From positions 210 to 64,000 of the forward strand of contig MU057719.1 of the NCBI GenBank assembly GCA_013265495.1: a stretch of DNA of 63,791 nt. The letters run 5' to 3'. Below are positions 11,096 to 24,227 of the stretch, in pieces. Made by a program: the position numbers and the translations under genes. Source of the DNA: Vicugna vicugna (taxonomy: Eukaryota). The notes beneath the pieces were generated by a model. That model was not told where the DNA came from. It saw nothing but the letters and a program-made list of their open reading frames with translations, and ran no database searches. Within the stretch, counting starts at the first letter, position 1. The number at the start of each line of letters is the position of its first letter.

Positions 11096-14000
11096 CAATA
11101 CAATGCATGTCTCCCAGGCCCCGTGAAGACTCGTCAGGTGGAAGAGACCGAACAGTGCCGCCTTCACACGTGCCTGAACATCCTGGTGCCGAGCGCTTCC
11201 AGACAAACCGGGGGCCCAGACGGGAACCGGCTGGCATGACTTCCCATGTCCTCGGAGATCAAGGTGGCAGCAGCCATCAAAGGCCTCTGACGAACGCTCT
11301 GCTCTGCAGGGCCGTCAGAACGCCCCGCCTCCCGGCCCCTCCAACCCCGGGGCGCCTTCGGCAGGGGACACCAAGCCTTGAGAGCCAACCCCGTCCAGAG
11401 ACCTCCTCCTGAGGTGGTGGACGGGTTCACAGGGCGATTCTCCCTGCAGACGCCGGCCTGGGGAGCCCCCCCACCTCAGAGGGGTCTCATCACGCCCACA
11501 GCCTCACAGCCACAGCCCTGCACACGGTCTGCAGGGAGGACGGAATCCAGCCCCTCGTCCACCTGCAGACCCTCGCCCCCTCCAGCCTGCCCACCGCAGG
11601 CAGGGCGGTACCCACAGCCACGGGACCGTTACTGTCACAATAACCGAGGTAGGAAGCACCCCCCCTCCCCAGGTGGCCAGGACCGCCTGCAAAGTCACGC
11701 GTCGCGCGCGCGCCCCAGGGCCCTCCCGCGGCCTGCGGGCCACCAGGCACCCAGCCTCCCACCGGACCCACAGTGCAGAAAGTCCCGTGTGAGCCGCGGG
11801 AAGGGGCCCTGCTGCTCCCGGTCTCCAGGGAACAGCCTGCAGCCCTCTGGGCCAGGCAGCGGGAGGTCCCAGGTCCGCAGCTCGCGGGCAGAAGCAGGGC
11901 CCGCCTGACGCTGTGGGGTCTCTCCGGCCCCCTCCTCGCCAAGCCCCGGGTGGAGACACCCCTCCCCTGACCCTGGCTGCTTGACTCCACAGGGATCCCG
12001 AGCACCCAGGGGGACCCAGGCCGGCATTCCCCACCCCCGGAAACCCCTGCTCACCTGAGGAGCGATTCCAGACGAAAGCCCCTGGCCCAGACATCAACAC
12101 GAGACTGTGCAATCTCGCCACCGTCACCCTGCCCCCGCCGGCCTCTGCTGAGGGTCACACCCTCCCTGATGCCCCGCTGGCCACTGGCCCCACCCCGCAG
12201 GCTCCCAGCCATCTGCCCCAGGCAAGGGTCCAGGCCTTCCTGGACCTGAACCGGAGATCGAAACGCACCTCCAACTCCCGCACGTGGTCCTCAGCGGCCC
12301 GTCAGCCACCCACACAGACCAGAAGCTGCAGAGGTGGCACTGGAGCAACAGACGGGGTCAGACTGACAAAGCCGTGGGGAGTGGACAGATGGAGAAAAGC
12401 GCCAACGAGGCGCGCCCAGCCGCCCTCAGCCCCCGCAGGAGGAGCGCGCGCCCAGCAAAGCGTCCCCGAGTGTGGCGGGACCCAGGGGGCCCACACAGCC
12501 CGGCCCCGCAGCAGCCCCACACCACACCCCTCGCCACCCAGGTGCGCGCTGGTCAGCTCGCGTTCACCAGACTGGGTCCTGCACCCCAGGGGGCCCGGGA
12601 CAGGCTGCTCCTGGAGGAGTCCGGGGTCAGAGGTCACAGCCTCGGCCTGACACCCGCTCACGGCACCCTCTCCTTCGAGACCTTGCTGCCAGGTCCCGTT
12701 CACGTCGCAGAGGAGGAATCCCGGGCCGCCTCCCCGGCGGTGGCCCCGCTCCTGCCCCAGGAAAGCTCAATTCCAAGGCCATGTGAGTGGGAAAGCCAGG
12801 CCCCCGGAAAAAGGGACCCAGGGATCAGGTAAGGCACCGGGCCTCTCCAAACGGCTGAGGGAGGGCAGACGGAGCCGGGCTGGGTGGCGCAGGCAGCGCC
12901 GTCACCTCCCCGCCAGCACCGGGGGTGCCGCGAGGAACGCTCTAGTTCGCAGTGTTTTGTCTGCTGCCCCTTGGAACGTTCAACAGCTGAAAAGCAGATC
13001 TGGATCTTGGCCCAGAGCTCACGGGCTCCCCGCCCCCCGGGGCAGGCTCCGCCTCCAGGCCCGCTCCTGTTTAAGGCTCGCCCCAGAGGAGGGTCCCTCC
13101 ACCGCAGAGCCCCTCCCCACCGTCCCACCCTCCAGACCCCTGCATGGGGAACACCAGACACGGGCCAGCTCCAGACCCACGGAGGAGCCAAGGGATGTGC
13201 GGGGCCCACCAGGCCGTCCCCACATTTCACAGCCCAGGCCATTGAGGGTGCAGGGCTGGCCAAGGCCACCAGGCACACAGGGAAGGCCAGCTCGGACAGC
13301 CAGGCCCCGGCAAGCAGCTTGTGCTGGCCCCTCCTGGAAGGCGCCAGGGGGTTCCGGTGTCCTCAGGGCCAGTGCAGGACGAGGGCCAGAGCCAGGCCAG
13401 GCACCCACCAGCGCCACCAGACCTCAGGGGATGCGCCCTGGGGGGGGGGGTCCTGTTTCCTTGGTCAGGTGGACAGAGGTGCCAGGGAGGCTGTGACCGT
13501 AACACCCACCCTCCGTCGCAACATCAGGACAGGCATCGGCCCTCAGCAACCACAGACCTGGGGACCAGCCCCGCTGTGCTGCAGCTGTGCTGGGTGACCT
13601 GCGGTGGGTGACTCAGCCTCTCGGGCACTGGCTTACCGAGTGCGGGAGCTGTGTTGTCACGGGGCCCTGCTGGCGGCCCTGACTGGCTTCCCACCCAGCT
13701 TTGCCACTCCCCACGTCCTGCCGGACGCGCTGGCCCTCCAGGCAGTCTTGTCTGCGCTTCCGAAAACACAGCGCCCGTTCCTAAGCCCACGCAGGGAGGC
13801 GTGCGAGGCACCTCTGTAAGGACCTGACGCTCGGCCCCGACCTCCCCCAGCAGCAGAGCCTGGGCGGGGCAGGACAAAGCCCTGGGGCCCCCAGCTGCTC
13901 ACAGTCCCAAGACACAGGCGCATCCCAGAAAAGGTGACGCGGGACACGCAGCGCCCCGGGAACACCACCGTGGGCGCCCCCCACCGGCAGCTCCTCGGGC

Positions 14001-14409
14001 AGCCCCTCAGGGCGCCCCCTCCAGAGCAGGGCCACGCCTCTGGGGACCAAGGCGGCAGGGCCCCCTGCCAGGCCTTTCCCTTTGGGCTTCTCGGCACAGG
14101 GGGCTGCCCGTGAGCCCAGGTGGCTCCATTGTCTGAGCTCAGCGTCCTGTCTCTAAGGCGGTGGGAGCCCCAGCACCTAACTCGCCAGGTGAGTCTGGAA
14201 AAGCAGAGATAAAGGACAGCTCGTGACCCTGCACGAGAGAGAGAGCACCCCTCGGTCACGGCCACTACCACGGCTGATGTCGCTGGCAGGTGGACGCTGA
14301 CATGGGCCAGGACGGCCACGGCTCTGCCCACCAGGTCCGTGTGGTTCGCTGTGGCCCTCGGGGGTCAGACCCCACCTGGCCGCCCCGCGACCCACGGCAC
14401 TGGCCCCGC

Positions 14410-14460
14410 TGCGCCGTTTTACAGATGAGGACACTGGGCTTGGAGACATGCAGTGTGGGC
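14410..14460 (-). mobile_element. MIR core fragment
   Basis: CCGTTTTACAGATGAGGACACTGGG. Confidence 0.5.
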
Positions 14461-16569
14461 TCCAGGCCACCAGCTGTGGGGACTGGGCTGTGCACCCCAC
14501 TTCCTCCCCAGGTGGCTCTGGAAGGACTGGATGTCCAACGTCCCTACAGCAGGGCAGCGCCATCAGGATCAGGCTCACACCAGGGCTGGTGAGGCCGAGG
14601 GAGCCCGGGGCCGCTGCCCCCCGTCCCAGCCACACACGCGGGGCTGCACCGCAGGAAGCATTTATTTATCTTGGCCCTGAGGGCCTCCATCTCTGACTCT
14701 CACCCTCAGTGTCACTTCACTTTGGACAAAGGGGGCCTGTGGGGGCCACGCGCACCCCAGGAAAAACCCCGGTGGCCCCTACATTCTCTCGAGAGTTGGG
14801 TAAATCCCTGTTTGGAAACCGCACAAAACACACCACTCAGCATGTGCCGGCGGCGACTTGGCCCCGCACCAAAGTACCCAGAATCCTTCCGGCTCCCCTT
14901 GCCTCACTTCAGGACAAACTGGCTTTTAATGAGAGGAAGTCCGTCCAGGGGAAGGATGTGGCTGCTGGGGAAACAGTTTTCAGCGGTGCTGGCCCCTCCT
15001 TTTAAAGAGACGGGAATTCCCAAGAACCAAAGTGGTTAAAACAGCAAGTGTGTACTTGGGATCTGCTGGAGCATGAAGAGTTACATCACTTTAATAGCAA
15101 AAGAAATAAAAACTCTCGTCTCACTCGGCCTGAGACAGAGTGGCGGGGACACGAGGACACCCAGCCAACCTGCTCCTTGCGCTGGGAGGGGCACCCGAAG
15201 GCATTGCCGCCTTCCATTGGTCTTTAGGGAAGACGGCACATTTTCCAACGTGAGCACATCCGACAGCCAGGGAGGCCCGGAGCGAGGGAGATGCTGCCTC
15301 CAGAACGTGAACGCCTTGCGGCTCACAGAAGTCTGGTGCCCGGCGGCCACTCCCGCTCAAGTTGAGAGCCACGACCAGGAAGAAGGGCTCCCCGGAGTTC
15401 TGAACATCTTCCTGGGCCACTGAGTCCGTCCAAAGCCCGCCTGCCTTCAGCCGCAGAACGGGACCTACCTTGTGTGCCAGAAGGCCAGGCAGAGGGGGAA
15501 ACCCGGCGCTCTCCGGTTCAAGACCCGTTCTTCCTGAAAATGACAAATGGGCTTCCTTCTCTGGTCTTGAACGTGGGTGACCACAACGGGATGCTGGCTG
15601 CGGGCCAGGCACAGGCGGCGGTTCTCACGCACGCCTCGCGCGCACGAGCTTCCCGGGGAGGCGAGGCAGCCACCCAGGAGCTCACGGCATGTGAGCGGCG
15701 GAGCCAGGCTCCGCCCCCAGCGCGTCCCTCCAGTGACGGAGACTCGACAGGCCTGTGCTCACGGCAAAGCAGCTGTTCTGGCTCTTCGTTCAGGATCCTG
15801 ATTTTTTTTTAAGATGGGTAACGCTTGTTTCTGGATCTTTACAGTAAGACACCCTCTCCGCTCACCAAAGGCGCTAGACATTAGAAAGAGATGACCGCAC
15901 AGAAAAGCTGCCACACAACCCGTGAAATCAAACCCCGCGCACGGCCCGCCTGGGCGCACCCACCCGCCTCCGCGTTCAGACCTCGAGCAGAACAGGCAGC
16001 GGCAGTGACCCCGGCTTCCGGGCGCCCAAGCCCAGCGCGTCCCAGCTGAGCCCGGTGAGCCCAGGTGAGCCCCACTGTCTCTCAGTGTAGAGTCTTGGCA
16101 CCCATGTTTTACAGGTGAGTCTTGAAGCTCCCCACACCACCTGCTTTACCTGGATCCTCCTGCCAGCAAGATGTCTACACCAGCAAAAGCCCAGTCCCAG
16201 TTCATGAGACCCCCCCCCAGAAGCCGCGCCAGCCTGGCCATCCTGCAGTTCATCCCGTCTCTGGGCAAGTCTGACAGTGCCAGCCGGATCGAGGCACCCA
16301 GCCGTCCCGGACGCCTGCTCCGCAGAACGGCTGCCAAGATCAGCAGGACCACAGACCGCCCCCCTTCACGTGCTGCCCCGCCCCCCTCACTTCCACGTGA
16401 GGCGGCCGTTCTGGTCTCTCCCTGAGGCTCCACGTCCGACCTACTGGGCTCCAGGCCGCCCTTCCACCTGCTCCAACGTGGATTTATCAAGAACAGCTGG
16501 CTGCCACGTGCCAAGTACTTATTACAAGCATTCAACCTCGTGTAATTTTTGCCACGTTCTTCAAAGTAG

Positions 16570-16665
16570 CTGCCTTCATGACCCCATTTCACAGATGGAG
16601 ATACTGAGGCTTAGAAAGGTCAGAACACCCTGCCCGAGGCCTGGGATCAGCACAGGAGAGAATGG
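16570..16665 (-). mobile_element. MIR fragment
   Basis: CCCATTTCACAGATGGAGATACTGAGGCTTAGAAAGGT...CTGCCCGAGG. Confidence 0.7.
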
Positions 16666-16889
16666 AGAGTTTGGCCCTGAGCCCGGCCAGCCCCTGAAGT
16701 TCGCCAAATCCTGCCACGTGGCCCCAGTAGGACCCAGTAGAGAGATGAGGCCCAAACTTCATTCTCCCCACGTGCTCAAAGCCCGACAGCCCGTTCGACC
16801 ACCTGTTTCCACTGGCAGATACTCCTCCTACCGTTAAATAGAAGCAGCTTTCCTTCCCCGGGGCCCCCGGCTTGGCTGGCCCCAGGTCA

Positions 16890-17180
<291 letters not shown>

Positions 17181-17699
17181 TCACAAAATAGCGGCATGAG
17201 GGACCCTGCTGCCAAAGCCCTGCAGACCTGGGAAGGAGTCCTGCTTCCCGCAGCGTGGCGGGGGCCAACTGCTCCGCGCTGACTCCCTACAGTCAGGTAG
17301 GCTTGGGCACGGGTCCACACCGCGTGCACGTGAGACCCCCGCACTCAGGCCCCAGGTGTCTCACGTCTGGGGCGAGGCCAGCCGTCCAGCCCCAAGCAGA
17401 GCCGTGAAACCGGGCGTGGGCTGGTCAGCGGGTCAGAGGCGGGGAGGCCTGGTGGTGCACCCTTGTGCTGCTCGGCTTCTCCGACAGCAAACTGCAGGCT
17501 GTCAGAGAAGCTGAGTCTGATGGGAAATGGTGGAATTGACGGGCCTCCGTGAAACTCTCGATGAGAAACGCGGGAATCACAACCTGGGGTCTTCAAGGAT
17601 CACGACACGTGGCCTCAGACGTGTCAGCCACAGAAGAGGTGACTTCCAAGCTACCAGGGTTTAGGGGTGCAGCCAACAGAGAATTCTGGAAAGACTTGG

Positions 17700-17830
17700 C
17701 TTTTTTGGGTTTTGTTTTTTAAAGTCACTCACTCCCACACCTGTGTCTGTATCCTTAAGGGTACAGTTTTAAATCCTTTCAGGACAGTCTGGGTGGAACT
17801 ACACAATCTCCCTTGTCCCCTTGGACACTA
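17700..17830 (-). mobile_element. Possible L1 3'-tail fragment in intron 3
   Basis: T-rich start followed by TTAAGGGTACAGTTTT...AACTACACAATC, resembling antisense L1MB tails; highly diverged. Confidence 0.35.
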
Positions 17831-18091
17831 AGAGGCCAGCATCTGATGTAGTTCAGTGCAGTTTACAAAGGGGACATGGAAGTCGGGGAGAAGAAAGGTT
17901 CCCCAGAGCCACAGAGGGTGACCCAAGACCAAGACGCAGCTCCCAGGACCCCCAGCCTGGCTCTCTCTCTGCCTGGCGCCCACCTGTGGGCGTGCCGGCA
18001 CCATCCTGCTATGATGCCCTCGGTTTGGCCAGGGAGCTTTATGGCCTCCCCTGACCCCCAGCGGGAGAGGTGTGCTGAGTGATGCCACTTA

Positions 18092-18607
<516 letters not shown>

Positions 18608-21600
18608 CTAATGAGAACTTTCCAGAACGTGAGCTTCCTCTGGGCAGGGGCTGTTTCTGCCATGCCTACAGCTGTGCCTGGCAGAGTGTGACTCCTCTGG
18701 CGCCCTCTGGAGGGAGAGAGGAGCAGGAGACGGGGAAGGAAGGCAAGGGGGGATCATGGCTAGAACCACGCTTTTTGACATTTCGCGGCTGATATGCAAA
18801 CCAGAGAAAAAGAAAATAAACCAAAAGACGTCAATTCAAACTTAAAAAGGAAAACCAAACACTGGTACGTCTGGGGCAGGGAAAGCGCCTTACAACACAG
18901 GCTGGAAACGGTCTGAAGGTGCGTGTTAAAAGCCAGACCCAAGCTGGCCCGGCCGAGGGCGCCAGGCCTGCTGTAACCCAGGGCACTCCACACCCACAAA
19001 CAGCCCCCGCGCCCTTGGTCCGCGGCGTGACCGGAAACCCGGCCCCTCCTCCCGTCCATCGACCCTGGTGGTGGCGTCAGTGGCTCTCTCTCCGGCTGAA
19101 ATCTGGAGTTGTGCTGAGAGCGAGGGCCGGGCTGAGCGCTGGCGAGTGGATCATCTCAGTGGATCATCACCAGGCATCTCAGAACCCGGCAGAGGGAGCC
19201 GGCCCCGAGGGGCCGCAACGGGGACACGTGGCTGGGGAAGGGCTGGAGCCCAGCTGCTGGTCCTGGGCGAGGCAGAGCCCACGCCAGAGCCCCCACTCCG
19301 TCAGACCAAGGTCACAAGGTCAACCAGGAGGCCTGGAAGGCCTTCGGGGCCCCTCGGGGCAGCAGAGCAGGGGCTGGCTCAGCTTCCCGCAGGGAGGTCA
19401 TTATCCGTGGGTGCCCTCTGCTGGCGGAGCCGCCGTGCGGCCGGGCAGCCGGCCTCTGCTTCTGGTCCCTGGATGGGGGATGCTGCCGGTGCCCCCTGGG
19501 GGGAGCGGCTGCCAAGGCCCGCGAGCGGAGGAGAAACCCCCTGCAGCCCCGGAAGACCCGGGCAGAGGGGTCTTGCTAGGGCGACGGCCAGAGGGCCCGC
19601 AGCCGAGAAACCCGCTGGGGCCCAACAGAGTTGTGCGAGGTCTCAAGGCCGTGACGAAGGCCGGTGGGAACCCGTCCCGAGGACCCCAAGCCCTGGCCAA
19701 GGTGAGGACTCCGAAAGGCCCAGGGCTCGCAGCCCAGGCTCCAGCACCGCGCTGAGGAGCTGGATGTTGTAATCTGTTTGCTGTGCTCAGCTCTGCGGCC
19801 CGGCCCTCCCCCACAGGGGGCCCGGCTCGAGGTCCCCAGTCCCGGAGCAGAGGGACAGCTCCAACTGGCAGGTGATGGTGATCAGCGTGGCCATCTCTCT
19901 GAGGAAAGGCCAGCTCCACTGAGGAACCCGCTCAGACCGCCCATCCACAGACGGACGCCATTTGGAAAGGGGGCTGCTGAGGCCACTAGTATCACTCAGC
20001 TGTCCCTCCACACTGTCCTCCAAACATGGGAAGTGAGGGAAATCGAGGACCCCGGCCTTCGTGAACAGCCGTGGGCAGGGAGGGGCTCTGCATGCAGCCC
20101 CGGGGGAGACCCCGGCCAGGCCAGCGCCAGGACCTCATGGCCCCTTCAGTCCTGGGGGTGAGCGGGCACTGAGGGCCCAGCTGGCGTTTGACCCGAAGGA
20201 TCCCAGAGGTCACTGCCCACGTCTGCTGCCCCGTGTTTCAACTGCTGCGGGGACACAGTCTCAGCCCAGGCAGCCCGGAAGGGTAGATGGCACTTCACGA
20301 CCACCTCTGTCCTGGCAAAACGACGGCAGATTCCCTGCCACTTCCGATGGTCCACTCTAGTCCTGACCGGGCCGGGCGCCGACACGCTTCACAATCCCCG
20401 CTGTCTGCGGAAGCTCGCCTGCTGTCGGACGTGTCGTATTTTATTTCTCAGAGAAGTCGAAGTTGAGGGGCACGCTGGGCAAGAGGCCCGCTTACGTCCT
20501 TAGATCATTTCCTTGTCACTTGGGCTGAGGCCCAAAGGCACTGCGGCCGTGTAGGTAGACAGTGGGAGTTTAATAAATGCATTTGCTATTAAACTGAATT
20601 CTACTCAGCCCACGGTTTGGGGCGAGATGTCCTGCTGGACGGAGGCAGACTCCGCAGCCCCGCCCACGGCGGGAGTTGGGAGAGGGAACGCCACTACGCC
20701 TGCCCCGCCTCGGACCCTGAGCAGGACCGGAGCCTCAGGAGGGAGCACAATGGGGCGAGGACCCCAGTTCTGGGCAGGAGGACAGAGGAGGGGGCTGAGT
20801 GGTCACTGGGACACTGCCCTGTCTGGGTGTGTTTAGAGGGGACGGCTTGGACCTGGGTGATGGCAGGCGGCCACGCTGGTTCAGTGGACGCGGGGGCACC
20901 CCACCAGGGGCCGGGGAGTCCCCGGGATGTCAGGTGGCCTCACGTGACACACTTGCCTGCTGTATTCAAGGAGGGCCCTTAACGGCTTCTTCTAGGGCCT
21001 CAGCCGGTCTCACCCTGGTGTGACGTCCTTGCCCCCACGTCAGGCAGGTGGTGACAAGGCCCGGGAACCCCTCCAAGGCAAGCAGTGAGACCCTCTCTGG
21101 TTTGTTGGTGGCGCCCACTCCCCGCAAAGCATCACGGGCCTGGCTTCTGCTTCCATCCTCCCAGCTTGGCCTTCACGGTGCCGGGCCGCCCGGCGCCAAC
21201 CCCCGGGAAAGGCCAGCGACTCAGAACCCAGCTCCCAGTCCCAATGACCTCAGAACCTGGACACGGGCTCTAAGCAAGACTGGAAAATCCTCTTAGAATC
21301 GGGATGGGGGAGGGGCAAGAGTTTGGGATTAACACGTAAAACAGGTGACCAGCGAGGGCCCGCTGGGCAGCGCGGGGGCCACAGGCAGCAGCCTGGAACA
21401 ACCCCCGACAGCGAGAATGGGGAGAGCAGGTGCACACAGCTGAGCCGCCTGTGCGCCCGCAGCACTGGACCACCGCGCTCACACCCAAAACTCAGCATCA
21501 AACCTTAAAACCAGAAGACATGAATCAGGGAGGAGGTGGTCTCCGTCTGGCTGGCAAGCGCAGAGTACACCGGACGGCCCCGCTTCACCTGCTGGGATGG

Positions 21601-24059
21601 GGGGGGGCGAGGCCTCTGAAGGCTCCCAGCCCAAGGAATCCCGATTTCCCAGCCAAGACACGGCCCAGACTGCAGGCAACCCACACAGAGCCGGAGCCCC
21701 GCGAGCTGGGGGGGCCGGCGTGGTAGGCACTAGGGGGCAGCTGGCGCCTGGCCTGGGCTGGGGAAGGGGGCAGGTCCCCACAAAGGCTCCCAAGCCCTCA
21801 GCCTCGGGCGCCGAGCCCTGACTTATGGCCCAGACCCCCTCGGCCTGCAGGGCTGGGGCACCTGCGTCCTCAGAGAGGCTGGAAGACGCTGGGGCCCCTC
21901 TCCTTACGGAGAGAAGTCACCGGGTCGAGACTCCGTTTGCACTGAGACGTTTAAAACAGTTACGCTTAACTCAGGCCACTGGGACCCCGGCCTCGCTGTG
22001 GTCCCCTGGGCCCACGGCCCCTTTCCCTGCAGCTGCCCAGTGGACACGGCATCTAAAACGCAGCCGGACACCACCCGTCCCCGGGAGGTGGGCCTCCAGG
22101 CAAAAAGCACGACAGGGGGTTCTCACTCCAAGGCTCCCACGAGAGAAAGGACGGAGGGGCCGCCACGCTCCATCAGGCCCGAGGGCCACAGAGCCGCACC
22201 ACGCTGACGACGTGCGGGATGTCCAGTCACGGGCCCCTGACCCAGCACTGGGCCTGCAGGAAGGACCCCACGGAAGCTCCCTAAAATCACCCGGAATCAA
22301 GCCCCAGTTTTATTTGGCATTAATGAGGCGAGCGCGAGGTACAGACCCCGTGTGCTCCGTAAGTTAGTTACGGCCGGAAGGCCCTGCGGCGCCTTTTAAA
22401 CTCGTTGCGTGTCTAATCCAGCTCCTGGCGTGACGCTGAGGGAGAAGCGAGGTCTGGCTGCTTCAGGGGTTCAGGCTAGATCTCCGGTAACTGGCCTGTA
22501 TTCTGAGACCCTCTGGTGTTCTCTCATCGTGAGATAACACAAGGGGGCAGGTTCAAGGACTCCGACGCCAGTGAAGTGGCCGTGACCCTGAACCGGGTGG
22601 CAGGGGTCAGAAGAAACGGTCAGCAAACCGACTCCAGCGGACCCCGGGGTGGGACACCGTACCCGCAGACGGCCTCAGAGGGTGGCCACACCGTGCACAC
22701 ACCATGCAGCGGTGTCCGTGCCAGAGGACACCGCCACCGAGGCCCTGGGCCGTCGCTCCCAGGAGCCTTCCCTGCACCCGGCCCTCAGTCCCTCCAGGAC
22801 AGGAATTCTAAACTGGGGACGCGGCGCAGGACAGCAGGCAACTTCTGGGTGACTCTGAAAGACACGTTTGCTCCAGAAAGGCCAAGAAACGCTCCTCTGG
22901 ACGCTGGGGAAATGAAGTCCCTGCGGTTCTTTGTGCCAAGTGGACCCAGGAGCCCGGGCAGTGACCCCCGCCCGCGGTGATGAGGCAGGTGGTCTGGTGG
23001 GGGAACATCGGGCCCTCAGGGGTGGGGGCTCCTTAAGAGGGGGAGCCGGGGCTCGGCACCTCTGAGGGGCGGCACCCACCCCTCATGACATTCCTGCAAA
23101 CAGCAGACTCAGCCTCTCTTCCCAAACTCTCGAAAGTCCCCAGGGACTTACAGGGAGGCTGAGAAAGTCGCTGGGGTGAAGCACGAGTTATGAGTGAAGG
23201 GGCGAGGGGAAGAGAAGGTGCAGCCCCTGAGGGGCGTGTCCTCGGGGCCAGTGGGGGCTTGAGAAGACAGAGACGCCAGCACTTGTCAAAGGACTGCCCG
23301 GTTCTGGTTCAGCGTCGGGGGCACACCCGGTCACCAGAAAGGCGGCGCGCAGCCTTCCGGTAATCACAGGACGAGGTGAGCTCGCCTGCCCGAGGTCCCC
23401 GGCCCCCTCCTGACCTGGACCAGAAAGGGGAGCTCGTGCGAGGCGGGGGAGAAGTCACAAACCACGGGCCCACCGACGCAGCGCAGGGCGGCCCGGGGGT
23501 GGGGGGGTCGCACACGGCCCCTCGGCCGGAGACGGGGCTGGCTCGGGTGCTGTCTCCTAGCTGCTAACGTCGCTTCCCGCTCTGGGAACTTAATTAAAGG
23601 CAGAGATCTGACACTTGGCAATTGAGTCTCATTAAGAGCCTGCGCTCTCTCGCCGGGAGCCCTGAGGTTCGATCCGTGTGTCTCTTAATGTCCTTGCCCC
23701 CAATTAGCGTCTGTCGGGAAGCGCTTCCTTCCCCGTGACCAGGGCTTTCTCTTCACCTCGTCACCCGAGACCCATGCATCGCCTTTCTGCACCTGGAGTC
23801 CCGGCAGCCCGTCTCCAGCCGGAGACACACCTGCCCGAGAAGCAGCGGGAACAGACGAGGCCCCACTCCCACTTTGCTGGTGGGGGTGGTGGCCGCTGGG
23901 GCTGTGCGTCCACTGCACGGGGATCAAACCGGGCTCATCTGAAGGGCCTCCCGGAAACCCAAGCATGTTTCTCCCACCACACAGGCCCCGCTCTGCTCCC
24001 TGGCTGAGGACGGGAAGGGGGAGTGGCACCCCCGCCGGGCACACACGCACGCCTCTTAC

Positions 24060-24227
24060 CAGGGTACAGCTGCTTGGTGGGCGCGCTGAGCTGGGCGTCC
24101 TTTGTGACTCTGTAAGCCACGTCCGGGCCTTTGGAAGATCGCCGCGTTGCACAAAAGCCTGTGGTCTTGGTTATGCCGTCAGGCAGGTTGTGAAAATCTA
24201 GAACCTTCAGGAGATCTGCTGGCTGAG
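24060..24227 (-). CDS. COL5A1: COL5A1 exon 2 (168 nt), start of TSPN/LamG-like (PARP) domain
   Basis: Acceptor TCTGTCATTTCAG|CT, donor CCTG|GTAAGA. Translates (A)[55 protein letters not shown]; phase 1 at both ends. Confidence 0.98.

Noticed and set aside
22367-22383. Inverted repeat CCGTAA-N5-TTACGG
   Set aside because: Six-bp arms are expected by chance in 64 kb; no miRNA-length hairpin.
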